DNA from: Octopus sinensis
Taxonomy: Eukaryota
DNA length: 12,038 bases
Reading direction: 5' to 3'
Assembly (NCBI RefSeq): GCF_006345805.1
Contig: NW_021826761.1
Coordinates: 1-12,038, forward strand
How positions within the stretch are numbered: the stretch's first letter is position 1; every line of letters starts with the position of its first letter. The notes below the pieces were generated by a model. The model saw only the letters and a list, made by a program, of their open reading frames with translations. It had not been told where the DNA came from and searched no databases. Positions 1 through 8,022 of this stretch are shown here, piece after piece. Made by a program: the position numbers and the translations under genes.

Positions 1-38
1 ATATACACATATATATATATATGTATATATATATATAT

Positions 39-465
39 GAATGTTTTGCCTAATGAGATAAAAAAAAACCAAGGCTGTATAGATATTAGAGCATTTATAG
101 ATAGAAGGTCTTACAGCTGTTTCTAGGATATTAATTAATAATATCCCTTCATTGGAGATGGTGTGAGAGGAAAAATTAAGTCATAGTTAGTTTCGATGTG
201 ATACAAATAGAGAGTGAGGCGGAGGAAAGAAAATAGATAAAAGATATGTATGGTTATTGAATTCGTAAATCTGTTTTATAGGCATAATGGTATATATGTG
301 TAGTATTCCAATATCCTTAGAGTAAAATCCAAAAGTCCAACAGAGTTTAATATGAGCCCATCCAGATGTAGAGTTTATAAGTAATGTAAGATTCTCGTAA
401 AGTTGGTCATTCGCAGTAGGGAATTTATATAGAGTGTAGCAGATTTAAGGATTGTGTTTAAACTG
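39..465 (-). mobile_element. Probable Penelope-like element (PLE) terminal/pLTR fragment carrying a hammerhead motif
   Basis: Complex-sequence block bounded by (TA)n on both sides, with a minimal type I hammerhead fold on the minus strand at 109-158. Minimal type I hammerheads are an established feature of PLE pLTRs. No RT or GIY-YIG coding sequence is recognisable, so the family call is inference. Confidence 0.5.
109..158 (-). ncRNA. Minimal type I hammerhead ribozyme-like motif, degenerate core
   Basis: Minus strand reads UCU-CCAAUGA-A-GGGAUAUUA-uuaau-UAAUAUCCU-A-GAAAC-agcu-GUA-AGA. It has a 3-bp stem I, a core differing from CUGAUGA at two positions, a 9-bp stem II, GAAA, a 2-bp stem III with palindromic loop, and a GUA cleavage triplet. 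Confidence 0.6.
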
Positions 466-482
466 TATATATATATATATAT

Positions 483-678
483 ATCATCATCATCATCATC
501 ATCATCATCGTTTAACGTCCGTTCTTCATGCTAGCATGGGTTGGACGGTTCGACCGGGGATCTGGGAAGCCAGAAGGCTGCACCAGGCTCCGGTCTTATC
601 TGGCAAAGTTTCTACAGCTGGATGCCCTTCCTAACGCCAACCACTCCGAGAGTGTAGTGGGTGCTTTTTACGTGCCAC
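483..678 (-). mobile_element. RTE-type LINE 3' tail (5'-truncated copy)
   Basis: Reverse complement closely matches 5619-5802 and 8270-8445 (GGCACGTAAAAAGCACC...AGGAAGGGCATCCAGCTGTAGAAA...CCATGCTAGCATG...GGACGTTAAAC(GAT)n). Flanked by (TA)n. Confidence 0.85.
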
Positions 679-686
679 ATATATAT

Positions 687-1565
687 ATGGGCTGTGACAT
701 CTGAGGACATGTGTAGGCTTGAAATAAAGGGAGCCAGTGGGCTTCACTGGATGTGCAATGTCAGCATGCATGTTTGGTGGAGGGTAAGCATCTTGAGAGA
801 AAAGTTAGACATAAGAGGGATCAATTTTGGTGTGCAAGAGAGACAACTGTATTGGTATGTCACGTGCTGCATATGGATGAGTTCAGCTGTATAAAGAAGT
901 GCTGATCTCTAACTGTGGTAAAGGTAGATCCAGGAAGACATTGGGATGAGGTGGTGAGGCATGATCTTTGAACTTTGAGCCTCACAAAGGCAAAGACTAG
1001 AGACCAAGAACTTTGGCAATGTGCTGTGCTTGAGAGGACCTGTCAAGCCAAGTGCACCCATGCTGGTGGCAAATAAAGAACACCTTTCAAGCATTGGACC
1101 TCATGGAGGCAAAGTGGCTGAGTTCCTTCTGAGTGTTGGGCCTGACGAAGGCTAAGTGACTGAGTTCCTTTTGAGCGTTGGGCCACATGGAAGCAAAGTG
1201 ACTGAGTTCCTTTCAAGTGTTGGGCCTTACAGAGGTAATGACTGAGACCTTTGGCATTATGTTGTGCTTGAGAAGACAACCCACCAAGCCAAGCAAAATC
1301 ACAGTCATGTGGTGTCATACAAATTGGCACCCATGCTGATGGCACATAAACGTTCCCACTGTCACACAAATGGCACCCGTGATGGTGGCATGTAAAAGCA
1401 CCCATTACTCTCTCAGAGTGGTTGGCATTAGGAAGGTCATCCAGCTGTAGAAAACCATGTCAAATCAGACTGGAGTCTGGTGCAGCCTTTCAGCATGCCA
1501 GCCTGGTTAAACCATCTAACCCATGCTGACATGGACAACGGACATTAAACGATAATAATGATGAT
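687..1565 (+). mobile_element. 5'-truncated, degenerate RTE-clade LINE (ORF C-terminus + 3'UTR + GAT tail)
   Basis: Translates WAVTSEDMCRLE...HWMCNVS...LREKLDIRGINFGVQERQLYWY, then a frameshifted GRSRKT/DEVVRHDL segment, which is the typical RTE C-terminal region. Homologous to 4101-4497 and ends in the shared stem-loop and GAT tail. Confidence 0.88.
1084..1248 (+). repeat. 42-nt tandem repeat, ~4 copies, inside the LINE 3'UTR
   Basis: Units start at 1084, 1126, 1168 and 1210. Consensus ~CTTTYRAGYGTTGGGCCTCAYGGAGGCAAAGTGACTGAGTTC. Confidence 0.85.
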
Positions 1566-1725
1566 ATATATATGTATATATTTAGAAGCACATGTATATG
1601 AGTATGTGTGTGTGCATGAGTGTATGTGTGTGTTTGCGTGTGTGTTTTTGTGTATGTATGTATGCACTACTAGGAACCCTTTTCATCAGCTGTTGAATGA
1701 AGGTCACAATGGTTTCAAGACTTAC

Positions 1726-1818
1726 CTACAGAACCACTTTCCCGGGAGTGCCAAACAATGTTAATACTACCGAATTTCTGGATTATTTTGGCTCCCATAT
1801 TAGAACTTGAGGTGATAA
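1726..1818 (-). CDS. Candidate 93-nt host exon, product unknown
   Basis: Minus strand has TTTTTAG acceptor | 93 nt | GTAAGT donor. Only one frame is open (phase 1-1): ITSSSNMGAKIIQKFGSINIVWHSRESGSV. Lies in non-repetitive DNA. No protein family recognised. Confidence 0.4.
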
Positions 1819-3125
1819 CTAAAAACATTATATGAAATTACCAATGTAATAACAACATAAAAGATTTGATCATGTAGCATTACCAACACATTACTCAATT
1901 ACATCTATTTAGAAACTAAGGAATACAGCAACCAAATTAGGAACATAGTAGGATTGAAAGTTTAGCATTTCAAATATCTTACATTACATTTAAGGACTTG
2001 AACAAAACCAATAATCTAATAATCCATCATTTAATAATCTATCATAGAGGTTAATATATTCAACCAACAGTGAATTAAATATAGTAAGTAACAATAACTT
2101 TGTCACCATTATTCCTAGAATTAAACAAATAACTGATTCACCATGGTGACATAATACTGGTCCTGTCATAATGTGGTTCAAGAGTATTAGCAATAAGCAT
2201 CTGATTAAAGTTACCTGGTCCAAGATATCATAGAACTTTATATCCATTGATTAATAAATCTTTACTCCAAATAGCATTAGTTTTCACCAAGTATTATATA
2301 GCTCAACCTACATTTTAGCATTTCCCATTCATGTAAATGTTATAACCTTGTAAATTGTCCATTCAATAATTTGTCTTTTGAAGTTGGTAGTTTAGTGTGC
2401 AAAAGTATTTAGAGCTGGTAATTTAATTTTCAAACATTATACTGGATTGACTGGGAATCATTTTAAGTTAAGAATCAGCCAACATCAGCATACTTTCAGA
2501 AATCCTGAAAGATAATTGAAGGTAAGTTAGCCAAAGTAAACTTTGCTTTTAAGAAATAAAAGATTCTGAAAATATAAAATTATTTTGAAGATATCAGATT
2601 ATACCAGATCTTATAAAGATAACGATTGCTGTAATCTTTGTATTTCAAATAAAAAACTGAATACATTGTTCTATAAGAATTTTACCTTAAACACCTGGTC
2701 AGAGTTAACATCTTTTGTAGCCATAAATTGACATATTCATCAAAATACTTTAAAATGTTTAATGTCAGACAGCTTCAAACCATACTGCTGCATCTTCCAA
2801 ACAAATGCAAAATTTTCTTTTGTTTACAAGCATCTCACTTTCAATAATTCTACCATCATAAATCCGAAATTTACATTGAAATATTTTGAAACGTCTAGTG
2901 AATAACTGACAGACAGTCTAATATATATATATTGTTGTTACACAATCCAACCAGATCAAAAGGATTCTCTCTTCCTGACGTGCATATTCATTGGTTTTTA
3001 TTTCGTACATAAATATAAGTTCTTTTGATTTATTTCTTTTATTGCTTGAGAATTGGTAAAACGTGACACTTAGAGTTGCAATTTAGAAAGTTTCATCATA
3101 AAAAAAATTTTATGGTATACATACC

Positions 3126-3510
3126 TACATATATATACATACGCATACATAGATATGTATATATATGTGTGTGTATATATGTGTGTGTGTATATATATGT
3201 ATATGTATATATGAGTGTTGGTATATGTGTGTGTGTATATGTGTGAGTGTATATGTGTGTGTGTACATACATTTACATGTGTATGTACATATATATAGAT
3301 AGATTGTGGGTATGTACATGTGTATCAAAATGTGCATATATGTGCAAATATACATATATATGTATACATGTATGGGTCTATGTCAACTGGAATATTAACC
3401 TGTTATATATATATATATATACATATATACACATATACATAAATACATGTATATATATATTTATGTTTATTAATATATTTATTTATTTATACACACACAC
3501 ATACATTACA
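3126..3510. repeat. Compound (TA)n/(TG)n/(CATA)n microsatellite
   Basis: Directly visible alternating purine-pyrimidine low-complexity tract. Confidence 0.9.
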
Positions 3511-3711
3511 CATGAAACAAGAAATAAGACGAATTTAATTAGTAAAAATGTATTGCATTTTTCATTTCACCGTATTTTTTTTAAAAATCTATTTTTTGTA
3601 AATTTTGTTTTTACTTATTAATATTTTTTAAATTATTGCCTGTAAAAAGTCAGCAAATATGCAGATGAAAGTACAGAATAAAGACAAAGACATACATAGA
3701 CACACATGGGG

Positions 3712-3741
3712 GCATACACATATACACATGAATATATATAC

Positions 3742-3787
<46 letters not shown>
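3712..3787. repeat. (TA)n/(CA)n microsatellite
   Basis: Directly visible. Confidence 0.9.
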
Positions 3788-3793
<6 letters not shown>

Positions 3794-4074
3794 ATTACGT
3801 GACCGACCAGACCATCAGATGTTGTTACACATCGCTGGTCACAATGCGTTTGCATTGTTTTAGCCTTCGAATGACGCCACCCCGCTGGCTAAGTGAGCAG
3901 GCCAACAGAAGAAAGAGTGGCAGAAAGAGTGGTGAAAGAGTACAGCAGGGATCACCACCCCCTGCCGAGCATCATGGAGCTTTTAGGTATTTTCGCTCAA
4001 TAAACACTCGCAACGCCCAGTCTGGGAATCGAAACCGCGATCCTACCACCGCGAGTCCACTGCCCTAACCACTG
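3788..4074 (-). mobile_element. tRNA-derived SINE (family A), near full length
   Basis: Minus strand begins CAGTGGTTAGGGCAGTGGACTCGCGG...GGTTTCGATTCCC, a partial A box and a B box in a tRNA-like head. Central domain is shared with 9116-9220. Flanked by (TA)n. Confidence 0.8.
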
Positions 4075-4100
4075 TATGTATATATATATATATATATTAT

Positions 4101-4497
4101 ATGCTACATGGTAGTGAAACATGGGCCGTGACTGCTGAGGATATGCGTAAGCTCGCAAGAATGAAGCCAGTATCTCCGCCGATGGATGTGTAATGTCAGT
4201 GTTCATAATCGTCAGAGTGTAATTCCTTGAGAGAAAAGTTGAACCTAAGAAGCGTCAGTTGTGGTGTGCAAGAGAGACGGCTGCGCTGGTGTGGTCATGT
4301 GACAGAAAGGCTGAAGATAGTTGTGTGCAAAGTGCTACACCCTAGCAGTTGAGGGAACCTGTGGAAGAGGTAGACCCAGGAAAACCTGGGACGAGGTGGT
4401 GAAGCACGACCTTCGAACTTTAGGTCTCACTAAGGAAATGTCTAGAGACCGAGACCTATGGAAGTATGCTGTGCGTGAGAAGACCCGGCAAGACTAG
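4101..4497 (+). pseudogene. Frameshifted C-terminal fragment of RTE LINE reverse transcriptase ORF
   Basis: MLHGSETWAVTAEDMRKLAR / RWMCNVSVHNRQSV / LREKLNLRSVSCGVQERRLRWCGHV / AVEGTCGRGRPRKTWDEVVKHDLRTLGLTKEMSRDRDLWKYAVREKTRQD*, stop TAG at 4495-4497. YGSETW-like, RLRWxGHV and GRPRKTW motifs are typical of RTE elements. Confidence 0.9.
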
Positions 4498-5516
4498 TCA
4501 GGCCATAACCCGTGGCCCCTACCTGGGACGTAGTCAGTCCTCCTGTGCATACCTTCCTTCTTGTGACACTTATGAAGACCTGTTGAGGCAAGTGAAAATC
4601 AAATCAAAACAAATCAAAATAGATGACAATAGATGAACATCAATGGAATTTGTATCTTTGTGGTTCCAGTACCGGAGGCACACAAGAAAACCATCCGAAC
4701 GTGGCCGTAGCCAGTACCGCATCGACTGGCCTCTGTGATGTGGGCACATAACAAACACCATCCGATCGTGGCCGTTCGCCAGCCTCATCTGGCACCTGTG
4801 TCGGTGGCACATAAAAACACCAACCGAAGACCCGGTAAGACTAGTCAGGCCATAACCCGTGGCCCCTACTTGGGACGTAGTCAGTCCACCTGTGCATACC
4901 TTTTCTTCCTTCTTGTGACACTTGTGAGACCTGTGAAGAACCTGTTGAGGCAAGTGAAAATCAAATCAAATCAAATCAAAATAGATGAACATCAATGGAA
5001 TTTGTATCTTTGTGGTACCAGTGCCGGTGCACACACAAGAAACCCATCCGAACGTGGCCGTAGCCAGTACCGCATCGACTGGCCTCCGTGCTGTGGCACG
5101 TAACAAACACCATCCGATCGTGGCCGTTCGCCAGCCTCATCTGGCACCTGTGTCGGTGGCACATAAAAACACCATCCGAAGACCCGGCAAGACTAGTCAG
5201 GCCATAACCCGTGGCCCCTACCTGGGACGTAGTCAGTCCACCTGTGCATACCTTCCTTCTTGTGACACTTGTGAAGACCTGTTGAGGCAATGAAAATCAA
5301 ATCAAAACAAATCAAAATAGATGAACATCAATGGAATTTGTATCTTTGTGGTACCAGTGCCGGTGGCACACAAGAAAATCATCCGAACGTGGCCGTAGCC
5401 AGTAACCGCATAGACTGGCCTCCATGCTTTGGGGACGTAACAAACACCATCCGATCGTGGCCGTCCACCAGCCTCACCTGGCACCTGTGTCGGTGGCACA
5501 TAAAAACACCATCCGA
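4479..5516 (+). repeat. Tandem triplication of a ~350-nt unit
   Basis: GAAGACCCGGYAAGACTAGTCAGGCCATAACCCGTGGCCCCTAC starts at 4479, 4826 and 5178 (periods 347 and 352). Copies are highly similar with small indels. Confidence 0.95.
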
Positions 5517-5635
5517 GCGTGGCCGTCTGCCAGCCTCGTCTGGCACCTGTGTCGGTGGCACATAAAAACACACCATCCGAGCGTGGCCGTTCGCCAGCCT
5601 CGTCTGGCACCTGTGTCGGTGGCACATAAATCACC
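5449..5635 (+). repeat. ~62-64-nt tandem repeat x3 in the LINE 3'UTR
   Basis: TGTGTCGGTGGCACATAAA at 5486, 5548 and 5612. The same unit occurs at 4797, 5149, 8200 and 8263. Confidence 0.92.
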
Positions 5636-5800
5636 CACTACACTCTCGGAGTGGTTGGCGTTAGGAAGGGCATCCAGCTGTAGAACACTGCCAGATCTGA
5701 CTGGCCTGGTGCAGCCTTCGGGCTCCCCAGACCCCAGTTGAAACCGTCCACCCATGCTAGCATGGAAAACGGACGCTAAATGATGATAATGATGATGATG

Positions 5801-5835
<35 letters not shown>

Positions 5836-5965
5836 ATACATATATATATACATATATATATATTTGTATAATATATATATATATATATTATATATATATA
5901 TATTATATATATTATATATATATATATATATGTATAAGAAAAATATATATATAACACTCATATAT
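5801..5965. repeat. Imperfect (TA)n microsatellite
   Basis: Directly visible. Confidence 0.9.
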
Positions 5966-6178
5966 AGGTTTAATGTGTGACCATAACCCACATGTGTTAT
6001 TTACATGGCACCATTCTCTCTTTTCTTATCTCTTTTCTTCTCTTCCTTGTCTCTCTTTGGTAAATTCCTCAAATATCCTATGATGTATCCTCTTCTAGAG
6101 AAGTTCCATGACCTCTGGAATTGCTCTCATAAATGTGTATGGTTGAAGTCACATGACTGAAACAAATAAAAAAATGAT

Positions 6179-6211
<33 letters not shown>

Positions 6212-6227
6212 ATTTATATATATGTGA

Positions 6228-6378
6228 GTGTGTGGTAAGAAATTTATTTGCCAATCATGCAGTCTCAGGTTCAGTACCACTGCTTGCAAACTTGGACAAG
6301 TTTTCTCTGCTTTAACACCAAGAAAACCAGAACTCTGTGAGTGGATTTGATTAACAGAAACTGAAAGAAGCTTGTCAC
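6228..6378 (+). mobile_element. tRNA-derived SINE (family B) 5' half, diverged
   Basis: GTGTGGTAAGAA...GGTTCAGTACCACTGC...TTGGACAAGT...GTGAGTGGATTTG...GAAACTGAAAGAAGC aligns by eye with 10786-10950 and with 9385-9542 (minus). Confidence 0.75.
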
Positions 6379-6426
6379 ATATACATACATATATAAATAA
6401 GTACATAAATATATATATATATATAT

Positions 6427-6711
6427 AGTTGTCAAATATCAGAGAGAGAGAATCTGAAGAAATATTGAGCTGATGACGGAAATGTTGCTCTCTATATGCA
6501 ACTAATCCAGAAACGGTGTTCTCAAGTAATCGATGTTCGTGTGATCTTTCGTTATTTTTCCCTCTATACCTGCGTGAATTATTTTTGAGTATACATTGTC
6601 TAGGAGACTTTTCTTATAGTAGAGGGAATAGCTAAGAGTTTTTGGCTGCTATTTCTAAAAGTTCGGTGTGTGGTAAGTAAATTATTTTACTGAACCCTAA
6701 TTATATGACGT

Positions 6712-6718
<7 letters not shown>
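6427..6718 (+). mobile_element. Probable Penelope-like element terminal fragment with hammerhead
   Basis: ~290-nt block between two (TA)n tracts with a hammerhead at 6465-6525. Its 3' part (6640-6705) is homologous to both arms of the 7780-8022 inverted repeat, so it is repetitive. PLE assignment is inference. Confidence 0.55.
6465..6525 (+). ncRNA. Minimal type I hammerhead ribozyme
   Basis: UUGAG-CUGAUGA-C-GGA-aau-GUUGC-ucucuauau-GCAAC-uaa-UCC-A-GAAAC-ggu-GUU-CUCAA. Perfect CUGAUGA and GAAA boxes, 5-bp stem I (UUGAG/CUCAA), interrupted stem II, 2-bp stem III, GUU triplet. Confidence 0.75.

Positions 6719-6763
<45 letters not shown>
6718..6763. repeat. Perfect (TA)n microsatellite
   Basis: Directly visible. 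Further TA/TG/CATA tracts lie at 6875-7030 and 7269-7373. Confidence 0.95.
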
Positions 6764-6767
<4 letters not shown>

Positions 6768-6902
6768 TTATATAATATATATACTATTAATATAGGATGA
6801 AATATTTTCAGAAAATTTCATCAAAAGTGGCAGCATATTAAAATACCTTTAAAGATTAAAATTATAAGCTGTTTATATATATACATATATACATATATAT
6901 AC

Positions 6903-6947
<45 letters not shown>

Positions 6948-7044
6948 TATATACGTGGTATATATATATATATATATGTGTGTGTATATATATATATATA
7001 TAATGTGTGTGTGTGTGTTGTGTGTGCATGTGTGCCTGTGTGCA

Positions 7045-7268
7045 AGTATGTGCTATTGTTATCTTTGCATAACTTCATACAATAGTTGTTAACAAATGCC
7101 CCTCTCATACAATCTTACATGAAAGCAATGTCTGACTATGGGAAACTATTATCACACATGAAAACATGTGAGGGTTGGCTACATGAAGGGCAACCAGCTG
7201 TAGAAAATCTGTTTCCACAAATTCCATGACACATACATGCATAGAAAAATGGACATTACAATGATAAC
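7045..7268 (+). mobile_element. Diverged SINE-like 3' half ending in an RTE-related tail
   Basis: GGGTTGGCTACATGAAGGGCAACCAGCTGTAGAAAA...CATGCATAGAAAAATGGACATTACAATGAT is a degenerate form of the RTE tail, but the upstream sequence differs from the LINE 3'UTR. 5' boundary approximate. Confidence 0.6.
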
Positions 7269-7296
7269 TATATATGTATATATGTATATATATATG

Positions 7297-7344
<48 letters not shown>

Positions 7345-7375
7345 TATATACATATATATATACATATATATACAC

Positions 7376-7479
7376 GGCACAAGAGTGGCTGTGTGGTAAG
7401 TAGCTTACTTGCCAACCACATGGTTCCGGGTTCAGTCCCACTGCATGGCATCTTGGGCAAGTGTCTTCTACTATAGCCT
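7376..7479 (+). mobile_element. tRNA-derived SINE (family B) head
   Basis: A box-like TGGCTGTGTGG, B box-like GGTTCAGTCCC, then TTGGGCAAGTGTCTTCTACTATAGCC. Confidence 0.85.
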
Positions 7480-7480
7480 G

Positions 7481-7678
7481 CCCTGGTGTTGTGTAAAAGC
7501 ACCCAGTCCACTCTGTAAAGTGACTGATGTTAGGAAGGGCTTCCAGCTGTAGAAATCATGCTAAAACAGACATGGAGTCTGGGCAGCTCTTCAATTGGCC
7601 AGCTCTTGTTTGACCATCCAACCCATGCCAGCATGGAAATGGATGTTAAACAATGATGGTGATGATGATGATGATGAT

Positions 7679-7681
<3 letters not shown>
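7481..7681 (+). mobile_element. RTE-type LINE 3' tail abutting the SINE head
   Basis: GTAAAAGCACCC...TTAGGAAGGGCTTCCAGCTGTAGAAA...CCAACCCATGCCAGCATGGAAATGGATGTTAAAC(GAT)n. Confidence 0.82.

Positions 7682-7734
<53 letters not shown>
7679..7734. repeat. (GATA)n tetranucleotide microsatellite
   Basis: Perfect GATA run directly continuing the (GAT)n LINE tail. Confidence 0.95.
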
Positions 7735-7736
<2 letters not shown>

Positions 7737-7749
7737 GAGCCAGTTATAC

Positions 7750-7779
<30 letters not shown>

Positions 7780-7780
<1 letters not shown>

Positions 7781-8022
7781 TACAAAAATTCTATAATTAT
7801 AAGCATAATTATAATTAGGGTTCAGCAAAAATTGCTTCACCACACACTGAAATTTAGAAATAGCAGTTAAATACTATTCCACTACCATAAGATGGTATGT
7901 ATTTACATATAAGATGGTAGTGGAATAGTATTTGACTACTATTTCTAAATTTGGGTATGTGATGAAGCAATTTTTGCTGAACCCTAATTATAATTATGCT
8001 TATAATAATAGAATTTTTGTAT
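7780..8022. repeat. Long inverted repeat, ~109-nt arms with 25-nt spacer
   Basis: Left arm 7780-7888 (ATACAAAAATTC...TTCCACTACCAT) is the reverse complement of right arm 7914-8022 (ATGGTAGTGGAA...GAATTTTTGTAT), with only a handful of mismatches. Confidence 0.93.

Larger units (their letters stand above)
4101..5802 (+). mobile_element. 5'-truncated RTE-clade LINE with an expanded, tandemly repeated 3'UTR
   Basis: ORF remnant at 4101-4497, then ~1.3 kb of 3'UTR ending in CGTCC...CCATGCTAGCATGG...GGACG and (GAT)n. (TA)n on both flanks. Confidence 0.92.

Noticed and set aside
2130-2250. Minus-strand GYKVL*YLGPGN resembling the parvoviral PLA2 motif YLGPGN
   Set aside because: In-frame stops on both sides, no downstream DxxAxxHDxxY catalytic motif and no other viral sequence; probably chance.
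2495-2527. Plus-strand 22-nt micro-exon TTTCAG|...GAAG|GTAAGT, and an acceptor-like site at ~8638
   Set aside because: No supporting neighbouring exons, and such sites arise by chance in AT-rich DNA.
3995-4074. tRNA gene
   Set aside because: No acceptor stem or complete cloverleaf. It continues into a repeated SINE body.
4579-4600. CTGTTGA...GAAA as a hammerhead core in each 350-nt unit (also CTGACGA at 1142)
   Set aside because: A6 is substituted and no stems II/III/I form. The 1142 site has no suitably placed GAAA.
5584-5612. GGCCG...CCAGCCTCGTCTGGCACC superficially like the HDV ribozyme P2/P3/L3
   Set aside because: No 7-bp P1, P1.1 or proper J4/2 could be built. A simple GCCAG/CTGGC hairpin explains it.
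4479-5635. CRISPR-like repeat array
   Set aside because: Units are contiguous tandem duplicates without unique spacers, lie within a eukaryotic LINE 3'UTR, and no cas genes are present.
4570-5755. Multiple 80-127 aa ORFs on both strands
   Set aside because: They are translations of GC-richer UTR tandem repeats. Frames are not preserved between repeat copies.
6097-6140. Hairpin AGAG..TTCCA/TGGAA..CTCT as stem II of a third hammerhead
   Set aside because: Neither CUGANGA nor GAAA is present at the required positions.
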